Of a DNA stretch of 64,000 nt, positions 1-12,600 are shown piece by piece (the stretch's first letter is position 1; each line of letters starts with the position of its first letter). Source of the DNA: Tubiluchus corallicola (Eukaryota; Animalia; Priapulida). The stretch is taken from contig JAQGDQ010000096.1 of assembly GCA_030141605.1 (NCBI GenBank), positions 496,001-560,000 on the forward strand, read 5' to 3'. A program made the translations under genes and the position numbers. Below the pieces are notes generated by a model. That model was not told the origin of the DNA and did no database searches. It saw nothing but the letters and a program-made list of their open reading frames with translations.

Positions 1-1171
1 GATAATTGGCATTATCAAGATGCAGCATATAAAATTTATTAATTTGTTATTGTTCATGTAATGTGCATGATGAGCATATAGGCATGCAAGGCAGGGGTGG
101 GGTGGTATCGTCTCAAGTTAAATGAATTGCACATTTTCAAGGCAGAAGTTGAACTATTTCCAGGACAAATAATTCTTTTCTAAAATACCAAACTTCAACA
201 ATCACGTGTTGCACCTTCTTTTTTAATGGCTGCTGTTAAAACATTTGTAGTACGGCACAACACTTTTTAAATTAATAATGGTACCTGCTATCAAATATGG
301 TGCTCATCTATGTATAGACAAGGTCATACAGACAGTCATGTTTGCAAAAGGGTAATAGACCATCATGATGTTTTCGAATTTGTTAAACACTTGAAAAAGT
401 AAATCTGAAAGTATCTGCATGTTTGCTTAGTGTGAAAACATAAGCCTTCAATCCGTATCTTGTTAAAATCATGATTTTCTTAGTAAAACCGAATCACGTA
501 ATTTCGCTGCATTATATACACAAGCTCATTTTTAGACATTTTTGTTATTTATGCCTTATATAGGCTAATTATGTAAACCCTTGTGCTTATAATAGGAAAT
601 CACTTAGATTAAGCTGCCACAACTTAGAAAATTTTCAGGTCAAATTCTTTCAGCCATCCCTATGAAATGTACTACTGATTACCTACGAATAAGGAGATAA
701 AAATCAGAAAAAATAAAAGGATAATCAAAGGGCATCTATGGCAATGTAAACAACACTAGTAAACATGCAGCTAAAGTAATTCTGTTAGTTAGTGCAAGAA
801 CTTGAGTTTATAAATATCATAGTTACATACCTATTTAAACTTATTGTTGCCACACATTTTTTTCTCTGCCTTACTTGTGCCGTATTTACAAATAAAATTT
901 AATATTGATGGCTGATATTCATTCCACCAGTGATTCACTATCAAGTAAATCTGTTCAAAAAAATGGATTTATTGTCATTCACTGTATCGTACATTTGTAG
1001 AATAGGCATTACATCTAGCCAACCTGAAGACAAATAAATGTAGCAGGTTCAACAGATTCTAGACATTACTTCGATCAATGGCCTTTCAATGCCACTTCTG
1101 TGTTTCATTGCTTTCATCTCAAACCTTCCGAAGAACAAGTCAGTCAGTTTAAAAAGTTTTGCCTTGCCCAT

Positions 1172-2255
1172 CTATATTACTGGGCACTCCTGTGGAAGTA
1201 CAATTTCCAGTTCTCCGGTATCACAGCTCAGTCTCTGTACCTTCTCTCCTTTTTCTGCCAGAATTTCTTCTATGTTCCTGAAATTCAACATGCCAGTGTT
1301 CAAATTAATCGGAGTTGTTAATGATATGTACGAATTATTTGCCTAATAAGTGCTAATGATATACTGCACCTTACAATTTTCTTTTTTTAACTGATGCTGT
1401 GTAAAATTCTGGAACTCAGCAATGTATTACACACAATCTAATGACTTTACTGAGGTAAGAGATTTTAAGGTAGATCTGAGATGAGTGTAAAAAACCTCAA
1501 CTCTCCAGCTTCTGCTTGGATTTCGAGCATTTTTAAATTGCATGATATGTTTTGTTTGCAATATCCGTACAAAATATTATCCTAAATTTGTACTCTGTAC
1601 TCATCAAGGTTTTAAATTTGCCTTGTGCATTTCTGGTAGAGTACTCATCCACAGCCCCTCGATCTGGTAGAGCACTCACCCACAGCCCCTCGATCTGGTA
1701 GAGCACTCACCCACAGCCCCTCGATCTGGTAGAGCACTCACCCACAGCCCCTCGATCTGGTAGAGCTCTGGGATCAAAATTAAGTTTGAATAAATGTATA
1801 GCAATTTCATCTCACCTCTTACCCTCCAAGTCAGTGAACCAGTTCAGGTTGTCGGCAATGAGATGATTGTTCTGGCATCCTTCGCATCGGACGATGACCA
1901 CACCCGTTGTATACGCTATTTTCGATATCGTCTTCTGCATCCTTGTATTGCAGACTTTGCACGTGAACTCTAGCAACAGCCGCTGCTGTTCGGGAGGAAT
2001 TTGAAATGTTGTTTTGCTGCTGCTTTTGTCACGAGTTTGGTCATCAGCGGCCGTATTTTTCCCGTTGGTTGAATATTCACTTGTACAGCAGTAACCTATA
2101 TTAGTAAGGTTACGAGATGCTGGAAATAAGAATTTGCCCATGGTGTTTATTTGTGTTAAGCACCACAGTTTTCTGTTCTGTTGCAAGGCACAACATGATT
2201 TCATGTTATTTGCAAACAGTCTTGGAAGAAGTTGTACTAATCGACACCCGGACAT
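1172..2255 (-). CDS. DNLZ: DNL-type zinc finger protein (Zim17/Tim15/HEP1-like mitochondrial Hsp70 escort protein), 2 coding exons, 181 aa
   Basis: Exons 2255-1816 and 1277-1172 join in phase 2 (AG|gtgag ... tttcag|G). The product reads ...[69 protein letters not shown]...*. It has two CxxC pairs and the HLIADNL signature of zf-DNL. The N-terminus is basic and acid-poor, like a mitochondrial presequence. Confidence 0.95.
1632..1766. repeat. 31-bp minisatellite, ~4.3 copies, in the DNLZ intron
   Basis: Unit TCTGGTAGAGCACTCACCCACAGCCCCTCGA starts at 1632, 1663, 1694 and 1725, with a partial copy at 1756. The first copy has 2 substitutions. Confidence 0.95.
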
Positions 2256-2996
2256 TTTAGACAATTTTGAAGAGCTGTTAAACCAACCGTCAATTCTGAG
2301 CCTCTTACAGAAGAAAAAAACAAAGCTACAAAAGTCTCAAGTTTTCATTTTGTGTTTTTTGTCTTTAACGTACTTTGGTGGAACCTGCTCTGATCAGCTT
2401 CTATGTATCACAGTCATAGAACTTCTCTGGCCTTAATGGTTTTTCGCAATACAGCTGCTGAAAATATCAAGAAGGCATTGCAACTTATGAAACTTTAAAT
2501 TGATTATTATTTTATCACACTATATGATATTGCTGTAAACCAGTATGTATTTATTGATACAAGTTCGCCTTGGTATGAAGGGTAAAAATCATGAAACTCA
2601 CAGCACGTATTAATTGCTACAAGTAGACTTTCGTATCAAGGGTCCTAGTCATAGAACTCGGTAGGTCCCGGTATTAGAAATAGAAATTGTTGGTAAGATT
2701 GTCTATTCACCAACATTTTACGTAGGCCTTTATTTTTTCATCTATCTGTTTGTAAAAATGAAAACTTCCAAATACCAGAAAAGACGTTTCAGTTTTGTTA
2801 AATTCATTAATTGTGTGGGTCTATTCTTGTCAGTAAGTGATTTCCTAATTTTCGTATTAGAAGACTAGTTGCTTTAGTTTACTAGGTGCTTTAATAAACC
2901 TTATGGGTATATATTTGGAATACTGCGTTGCTGTATTGAGGTTTTATAGGTTTTACTGTTATTGAAATTACTGTGATAACTCTTGCCCCTCTCCAC

Positions 2997-3860
2997 TCAT
3001 GTGGCTTTGCAAGGGCTTTGAAACACTTTGAAACAATAATATTCATCCTTGCGGCTTTTATTTATGTCTGCACCTGTCATAATTTTTGTGTAGCATAAGC
3101 AGTCTTGTACAAACTTTGAAGCTTTCAACAGCCTTTCACTACATTCACTTGAAACATCATCCATTGAAACTTCTGTCACATAATTAGCTTTGATTTTATC
3201 ATACTGCTTACATGAAAACAAATGCTTTCTATTGTCTTGTTCCTACCTACACATTGGGCATAAAAATGATTTATGAGTGAGTTCTTATACTTTAGTTTAA
3301 CTTTTACCGTATTTAGTCTGAACTCCATAATATTTTTAACATCTGAGGTATTTAGTTTTCAGGCCCCATTTATTTTCTCTAAGAAGTCTTAATTTTGTGC
3401 TTGTATCCACTTTCTTGTATTCATTTTGTATTTCATTTACAATTTCCTTTTTAATTTGTTTCTTCCATTCTGACTTTTTTACTTACCACGTACTCTTTAT
3501 TTATGGCGATTCCAGATTTACGAACTATGTCTTTCAACGCAGTGCACCAACGTCCACTGTATAGTACTGTTGAAATAAAACTTCGCTTGCTAATCCTCCA
3601 TTACTTGGTAAAAGAAGCTTCCTGTAAAGCACGAGTTTTCTGTAATTAATACGATCGCCAATAGGCGCGCACCCAATTCCAACAATATCCCCCAGTGACT
3701 AGTACTCATTGGCAATTTCATCAGGCTTGCTAGTAGTGATCTGCCTTGAATTTTTCTAACTCTTCTAATTCACTCTTTTTAGTATTTTACTGTTAGACCA
3801 CGTTTCCGAATTATATACTAGTGATGATATTGCCAAAGAGTCATAAAGTTTTAGCTTTAG
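2997..3860 (-). mobile_element. Decayed non-LTR retrotransposon (LINE) ORF2 3' fragment: post-RT region plus CCHC zinc knuckle
   Basis: Minus-strand translation across frameshifts and stops gives LKLKLYDSLAISSLVYNSETW..ELEELEKIQGRSL..KLPMSTSHWGILLELG..IGDRINYRKL, then KSEWKKQIKKEI..IMEFRLNT..LCPMCR*EQDNRKHLFSC. These are typical LINE ORF2 C-terminal motifs. Confidence 0.8.
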
Positions 3861-3982
3861 CATTATGCTGATAAGTGATTAAAAATGACTAACTTTTTCG
3901 GAAAAGCTAACAAACCATAGAAACTTCCTTTCTTTATCGGCTCTCCAACAATTTTACTTTACAATTAAATGTATATTCTGTA

Positions 3983-4078
3983 CACGTGCTAGTGTTTTCC
4001 TTTTTGCTGCTTTGACGATGGAATGACGTCAAAATAGGCGGGGCTAGAGTGATACTGGAACGAAAACATGTAAAGGAG
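3983..4078 (+). promoter_or_regulatory. Probable promoter and non-coding first exon of the BTBD8-like gene
   Basis: CACGTG at 3983-3988, a perfect CRE TGACGTCA at 4024-4031 and a GC box GGCGGGGC at 4037-4044, followed by a strong donor GAG|gtaagg at 4078/4079. Confidence 0.5.
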
Positions 4079-4800
4079 GTAAGGTGTGTTTAATTTTCTA
4101 TTTCTACAATTATAAAAACTCTATTTCACTATCGACTGTCGCGTGTTTCTACTAAATGTCTTGTGAACATTCAGTAGAATTTTTATAATTCTTTTTCGCT
4201 TTTGTCTACCATAAATCAACTCAAAATATCAGATGATTTTCCTGCCGTTGGTTACACGCTTCGCCATGGTGGAGGATGAGGAAGCAGCGATCAATGGTAC
4301 TGATGCTCTCACGGACATGGTTCACTGCATGACGTGAGTCAGATCGGCGTTCATTGAGAGAAGAAAAGAATGACACAACAAAGCCTATTATGGGAGCAGA
4401 TCAGCTCTTGGATAGGACAGGAGAGGTTGTCTTGGCGCGTGCCGCGATAGACCAGCTGCTGAGGCTGCTATAAAATAATAGCACTATTTTTTCTATTAAG
4501 GTTGACAAAATGTGAAGCAGTCTGCAGTTACGTTAGTTTTTAGAATCATTTTTCTACGATATTTTAATTATATTTGCATCATTACAAGTTTTGTTGTGCA
4601 GGTCTGCTAACTGGAAAATGAATAATGGTAAGGCGATGACAACTAATAACTAATGAAGTTCGATTAATCAGTGAATATTAATGTCTGTCATTACCACCGA
4701 TTACAGACTGATTATTATATCTCTGTCATTTGTTTTTTTTTCATTAAAATAGAGTTTATTATTGCTTTTTTGCTTTTCTCTCTCCCTGTCTTTTGCAGGA

Positions 4801-4860
<60 letters not shown>
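4801..4860. repeat. (CT)n microsatellite
   Basis: Visible dinucleotide run. Confidence 0.95.
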
Positions 4861-4864
<4 letters not shown>

Positions 4865-5025
4865 CCTATCGTGGTTTCATGTGCTTCCTTTTTCCTTTAC
4901 AAAAGTTTACATTAATCTTTGTAGAAGGAAGGACTTCTGTGTACCAGCTAGTGCTGAATGGCAATGCTTCTTCAGGCAATCCATTTAATTGCTACAATTA
5001 CTGTTATCTTTAGACACAGGTGCCG

Positions 5026-8000
5026 ATGACAAATGGGGAGGATGATAACACCGGCAAGATGCCCCGGCAGCCTTTAGATCAGAGCAAAGGCTATCAGGAA
5101 AAATGTCAGAAAGAGAGTGATCGTCTTAAAGTGAAGCTTGCCCGTCAACTACAGCATGACATGCAACGGTAAGTGCATCTTTTGCTTTTCGCTTAAATTT
5201 GATAAACTGTATAAACACAAAGACATTGTTCATAGGATTTTGGACAAAAGGACTAGCTAACCTGGTCTCAGTGGTTGCTTGGCTGTGGTAATTGAGTGCT
5301 AAGCTGAACCTGGTTAATAAATGGATTAGTATTAGTAAATTACCACTTAGTAAACACCTTCATGTGATTTTGTGATTTCACCTACGACTATGTATAGTTA
5401 TAACTTATTGTACAGTTATTTTGCTCATTCGGGGAAGGTGAATACTCATCAGAACCTGGTTCTCATTGTGACGGTTTAATGTTTTATTTTTGAAAGGTTG
5501 CCTTTGATAGTTTGCAAGGTTTTTATTCTGTCACAACACAAAGTCATTATAATTAGGTGTAAACATTTTGCTTATCAAGGTAAACTTATATTCTGTTAAT
5601 ATGGTATTATGGCGAAGTTAAAAGTTGGTCAAAATACGGGACAAACTTAATTATTTTTACCAAAAATGTTGCTGCATATAGTTTGCGAAGAGTCTAGTTG
5701 GAAATATCACAACTTCTCCAAAAAAAAAAAACGTTTGCTAGGTCATTGAAAAGTTGAGTTGAAAAGCAAAAAGCATCGACTGAAGAAATGGAAAAAAGTG
5801 TAGACACTGTTTTGGTGATATATATATATATGTATATATCATATATATATATATATATATATATATAAATGATATAAGTGATATATATTTATATATATAT
5901 CACTTATATAATTTTATATAAGTGCAGTACGGTTATTATGGTAGAAATGTGTTTTTTTTCAAGATATCTACGTTATCCCCCGTATTCATTAGAGTATTGT
6001 AAACTTAACAGTATCAATCAAAGTCAGCTGAAAGCCATTAAAACACAATGTGTTTGGCTGCTTCTTTGCTACCTATTGTCCTATATACATACGTATATTC
6101 GTGAAATGGTAATAATTTTTGTCCAATTTTACGTTTGCTCTGTATTTCTATTTGATGGAGTAGAGTCTGCAAATTTTTATAGAAGAAAGCAGCTAGATCC
6201 CTACTTTAACGTTTTACAATTGCAAAAATCGATATTAGCAGTTGCTTTGCTCACGTTCAGACATTTCAGTATTTGCAGAATTCAGGCTGGCTTCATGGCT
6301 AACACACAATACAGGGTTTCTTTGCCGCAGCTTTCTGCTGTTAGATTTCCCAGAGGCTACCTAAAGTCAGGCTCTACAAGCTGCGCAAAATGATAGAGAT
6401 GGTTTATTATTATTAATAATACGTCATGAGCATCGTCGTCTTCGTCGTTGTTGTCGTCGTCATTATCATCATTGTCGTCGCTATCGTTATCTTCATCATC
6501 ATCGTCATCGTCATCATCATTATCATCATCGCGTCATCTTCACATCAGTCTGTCATCATCACATCATTATTTTTTTTTACCAACCGCTGTTATTTTCATC
6601 CCTGTAGAAAAATGGTTTCTTCCAGACTGATTTATTGTTTGTGCTATTTTATGATGTTTCTTTATTTTGCATCAGTCAGCGGTTATTTCATGTTCGTGAA
6701 GAGTTTTGATTAATAGAAATTCAGCGCAAATTTTTCATCAATTTACTGCTAGTAATGGTTGTTTTATTCCGGCGTTTCAGGTTAATGTTGTGGCACCGAT
6801 ATATTACGGATGAAACTTTCCCTTTCCAAGTAATTTGTAGCTAAAGTGTCGCCTATTATTACTAATTTATACATGATTACCGATTATTATAAACGATTAA
6901 CTCTCTAATGAGAAACAGAGAGAAATGTAGAAGAAGTGTGAGAGAGAGAAAGAAAGAGGAAGAGAGAGAGAGAGGGGGGAGAGAGGGAGCGAGGGAGAGA
7001 GAGAGCAAGAGAGAAGGGGAGTTAATTTTTTGTAAAGGATGATTTGGAAATAGAGAAAAATAAAAAAGACAAAATAGAGAATGAAAAGATAAGTAGGCAT
7101 GAGGAGCTCAGAGATGTTAACAATAGAAGATTCGCCGTCGTCAGATTCACTTGTAAGGAATTACAGATTTTGCTGCGAAAAAGGTACCAGGCGTTGTCTT
7201 TAAAAATTTATCAACTAAATCTGGACAAAGCTAGGTCTCCACACATCTGCTATAAAACATATGCTCAGCTACTTACTCATCTCGCGAAAATTAATTAATT
7301 ATAATTGCTTAATTATCTCGCTATCGCTATACCTCCTGATTACTTTTCCCAGATAAACATCTGCCTTTAATTTTGCTGCCTTCAATCTGGTAAGTGACAA
7401 TATTCATCTACTATTGCCTCTTCAATTGATACTAATTGATGTTTGAATTAATGTCTGTTCAAAATTTAAGCAACGGGGGGGGGGGAATACTAATGAAATA
7501 GGTAGTTCACAGACTAGCAGTTTGACTCAATAGCTTAAAATTTTTATCTCAAGCGGGTTTTAATAAAACAAAAACATGTTAAATTAAATACGCATATATC
7601 GGTTTCTAAAATTCGTATTTTATTCGCCTTTGCATTTATTTAGTTTCTTCATACAAACTTTACAATGAAAAATAGAATTAAATCATCAAAGCTCCTTTAA
7701 ATTTTCAAAGACATTCTTCTAAAGGAAATTGTGTAAAGCAAATGAGCATTTTTAGGTTTTCAAATTCAATTTTGCGGGAAGATAATAAATAGAACAGAAA
7801 GGGGAAAAGACAAAAAATTACTTTTCCAAAAAGTAGTAAGAGAAGCTTTTACATCGGGACAATTTCATACAAATAAAAAAATGACTGATGCGTTGACGAA
7901 AGAAAGGTCAATGAGGTCAATGGCCAATAAAACTTCATGCTTGCTCGACGAGCTTAAGCAGGTAGCAGGTGTTCGTTGAAAGGCATAATCTTATTGCATG

Positions 8001-9642
8001 TAGCCAACTTGCTGATTTGTAGCCAGCTTGCAAAATTGATTGCAGTTTTATGTATCTCCTACGTACAGTATACACAATATATTACCGTTCCTCACAAAGC
8101 AGCAAAAATCAAAACGCAAATGTATAAAGAGGCAAAGATCAAAGCCCTAAAATAACAGAAGGGTCAGCTAAGGGAACTACACACCTTTCGTTACAAATAG
8201 AAGATGTAAAAAGATAGACAACAATGAAAGAATTCAGCTTCGCACTTGAATCAACTGTTCGATAAAAATATTAGTTTGGTTTAGTTAAGTTCATTTCCAA
8301 AATATCATAGTAAAATATACATTGATAATTTCATTACAATATAAGCTATTACTGCTGCAAGCAGAAATTAAAGATGCACTAGATATCGAGATATCGGCTC
8401 CAGCTAAGAAGATAAGCTTGTATGGGCCTGAACAGAAGGGCAAAATGGAAAAGATGTAGAAAGTGCGAAATAAAATAAGCAAGAAAAATGAAATACCAGC
8501 GTGATAATGATTGTAAGGTCATTACAATGAAAAATGAATGAGATGATGGTGAAAAAGAAGATTAGACTCACAAGAGAATGTAAAAGAAAAACAGACAATC
8601 AACTGAAATCAATTAGTGACTGTAAAATTCAGTAATGAGTCAAACCAGAGACAACAGACTTAAGTACTTCTTCTGTACTCCTGAGTCATACTTCTTCTTC
8701 ATTTTTGTACGACATGTGACTAATAACATTTTCAATAACGAACTAATATTGTTTTCAATCAATAATAAACGTAAAACAATTATTATAATTATACCAGTTT
8801 GGTAGATTATGTCAGTTTGGCAGATTATGTCACAAATTCTTGCAATGCTTATTGTAGCACGAGCTGCTCAAGAACTTTAAATTTTTAAATATCCATTGTG
8901 CTAAAACACGCTGTCCACGCGTCCCTTTAAACACCTTTGTTTGATTAATGACTGGGGCTCCTGATGCCTTTTGTTGAAATGATTACGTCAGTCGCAGGTT
9001 AAAAAGCCTCATGTTATTATTTCAGCTAAACTCACTGATCTGGTTAAAAAATGACAGCAGTAAAGTATAATTACTTAAAATGTTTTAGATTAAATTATTA
9101 CTGTTTGTGAAATCATTTTCTGCGATGCAAAATGCCTGTTTAAATGCGTGCGCGAAACTTCGACAGCCTCAGTTAATTCGTGTGCTTTTCCAGCTGTCGT
9201 ATAAATGCACGGTAGTAATCAAACAAAAGAGTTTTGCTTGGATTATGAAGTCATAAAAATTTGTCCATACGTGGTATGGGTACACGTGGGAACATCATGA
9301 ACGATTATTGACGCCAAGCTTTGATTAATATACGTGCACTCCGTCGTATTTGCATATTGTGTGTATTAAATTAGTACTGTACCAACAGACGCCCGTTGTA
9401 TTATTGTACTACGCCAAACAAAGGAAAGTGATTTGCTATAGCAGGACACAAACCAATTAAATTATTTCTTGTTTTTTGCCCAGTTGCCGTCTCAGCTAGC
9501 ATTTTAATGTTTTAAAATAATTCTAATTTCCAGTAAACGCCGTGTTTTTTAATTTTGTATTTTTATGTCATTTTTGTCATTTAAATACGGATAGTATAGG
9601 CGCAAAAATTGCGGTTATGAAACACGTAAGTGAAGCTATCAA

Positions 9643-9678
<36 letters not shown>

Positions 9679-12600
9679 ATGCGTGCGTGCGTGCGTGTGT
9701 GTTGCTTAACTGAAGTTTCTGCTGCTATTGTAAATGTTGACTTTAGCTCTCAAAACACCCACCTCTCCTTATACAAAATAAGGAATAATTCAGAACAAGT
9801 TCATTACGTCTCACAGTAGTGAAAAAACTAATATGAAATTAGATGAAATATCAAACTTATAATGAGTTTAGAATTTATTTTTTGAGGCCCGAAAATTTAA
9901 CAACTACAATAGGGACCGTAATAACGAATTCAAGCAGGAGATTGAGAGTTTTCAATACTAATCTTAATATTATGACATTTTTCGTCTGCAATCCCGCCTC
10001 CACCCCCACTGCTTGTCGCGCCCGACAATTTTGTTACACAGACGAATATGACTCATCTAAGTTCAGCCAATTTACCCTCTTTTCCAGTTCATTGAATAGC
10101 AGACAGGGATCATTACTGCAGGGAAGCCAGGCCAGGAAAGTCTCTGCCTTCTCTCCCGAATACATAATTCTTTTTCAAAAACGTTTTTCATTTTAACAAG
10201 TGCCTAAGTGGTAACAATTATCGCTTGAACATCCTGTATTTATTAACGTGATTAATTAGTAAGTGCACTTAACGAAGCTTTGTGATTGTCTGCATTTTAG
10301 AATTATCATTTCAGTTTGAGCTTTTAAATGTGAAACTTTTGTTAGCTGTCACAGCAAAGTACATTTTTCTATTGCAACATTTAGACAGAACTGGTACTTC
10401 GTATTCAGTTACCTTTTTCGTCGTTGTATGTACGCAATTAAGGTTGTTCGTTTATTATTACTTCACTATTGAACTATGCAATTATGATCATAGTTTTACT
10501 TTGGTATGCATCCACATATTTAGATATTCCCTTGATGACCTAGATTACTTCTATTACATAAGCCGGATCATAGCTATCATAGCAGCACTGTCGTAGATGC
10601 GCCCTTATATGGCTTCAGGACACCGATGAGCTGAACATGGCTTCGTGTGGATATTTTCCTGGGTGACTCAGACTACATAAATCATAGCTAAGTGGCACAA
10701 GTGTAACGCGCAGTGGTCTATAACAGGAAGAGGGTACCAGACATTGTCCAAGTCATTCATGATTGGGCTGCGGACGTGGATCTTTTCAAGAGTAATTCAA
10801 TGGTCAATTAGTTTTACATGACCACTGGCCAGGAGTGATTCACACAACAGCTGTTGCCTAGTCTGAAACTAACAGCTGTTATTAAATGAACAGCATCCTT
10901 TCTTTAAATCCTTTGTTATCGTGAGATCACTATGCAGTATGATACAGTTGTGGGCGAACAGTTTTTTTGTTTTAACTCGGGTTTGGCAGAATTTTTTACG
11001 AGTGTCTGTTTTTTTTTCAAATACCTAATTTTGTATTAAATAATTGCTTTCGCTATTCAAATAAAATTACCAAGATGTGGAGAACGATAAACGAAAACGA
11101 TTTAAAGAATTCTTTTGCATTTAATATAATTACTGCACATTTAATTGATGCACAAACTATGAAAGCGACGATGTTAAATATAATTACATTTATTAATTTC
11201 CTTAACTTAATTTTCACACTGTACGTGGCGGTCGATTTTACTTTCGTTTATTCTTTATACTATTTAATTTTGATCTTAGTTTTAACAGATTTTGATGGCA
11301 AAAATTACTTCAGTGATCCAATTTGTCTTCTAAGGTGAAATTGCGCATTAAACTAAGTATTTCATTTAATTTCCCGAGTTCCCCAAGGTTTCTGTTGACT
11401 TTAATAAAATTTACCTCACTTGAGCATTGCTGCTTATATAGAACACAGTGATTCACTGATCTTGTAAAAGTTATAATAGTTACTTGTTACGATAATAAAT
11501 TGTTCATTTAATAATCACTGTAAGACCAGCAGAGCAGATTGAGCTGCAAGCTTGTTTTGACGTCAGTGAACCTCAATAAAAAAGTGATGGCACAGTATAG
11601 TTATCGATTAACTGGCTTCTCTGATTTTACATTTATTGCTGCAGTACGTCGGGATTGTTTGTCCTCTTGCGAAAGCAGTTTGTTGGCAATAATCACTGTT
11701 TATTACTTTTCTTATCAAACCCGTAAATTATTGACAACGTTTTCCACTTCATCCCTGCTGTTGAAGATGAAGCCGTTGAAATGGAATTATTTTTTGCCTG
11801 TGGGTGCTGTTTGAAATGGTCAGTTGACAAAATCGACATGCATTGTAGTTAGTTATACACGGTTCGTCTTCTACTTTATAACATCATTTCAATAATTAGT
11901 ATCTGTAGGCCTAACAAAACTTTCATGAACCTCATAATATCTCTGCTTTTGTTGACATGCACATCCTAACTTTATTATATTACTTAAAATTTTAATTTTG
12001 CCATCCAGGTAAGAGTGTAGAACAGTAAGAACACCTGGATACCTGCACTGCTGTGATTAGTTGATCATATCAGAGCGTTGAATAAAACCTGTTATCACAA
12101 TCACCACTGCATTAATTTGGGTATATTTTCCTGTAGGCCAGCGCACAAGAATCTGGACACTAAGACATTTTGGACTATTTTCATATACTGTAGTATAGGG
12201 CATTTTTTCGTGTCTGCAATATCAAATTGCATTACAGTTGTAAGACAGTAAAATTTCAAGAGATCTTTAAAGTACTTGGTCTACGCCATAACAACAACAT
12301 ATTTAAATTCTTGGACAGCACCTGGCATTATTACTACTACAATGTCTGAAGAAATTTTTGTTTATTATCTAATCTAGCCTGCTAACTCAATTTAATGATT
12401 ATTTAAATTTTATTATAGATTACTGGACAATGCCTGGCATTCTGATGTTACTATTACAACAGAGTCTCAGGAAATTTGTGCTCATGAGCTAATCCTACGT
12501 GCTCGTGGCAAACCGTATTATGATCAGATCACAAGCGATCCAAGCAACTTGAGGCAGGAAAATGGTACTAAGAAAATAGCCATACAAGGCGTGGACCCCA

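Noticed and set aside
1632-1766. CRISPR-like array of 31-bp repeats
   Set aside because: The repeats are contiguous with no spacers, sit in a eukaryotic intron, and have no cas genes nearby.
4925-5013. Extra BTBD8 coding exon EGRTSVYQLVLNGNASS
   Set aside because: There is no GT donor before the stop, and a GC donor would leave a 38-nt intron and still be out of frame with the CDS.
6426-6713. Hydrophobic poly-Val/Ile ORF that looks like a membrane protein
   Set aside because: It is the translation of an intronic (TCA/TCG)n microsatellite.
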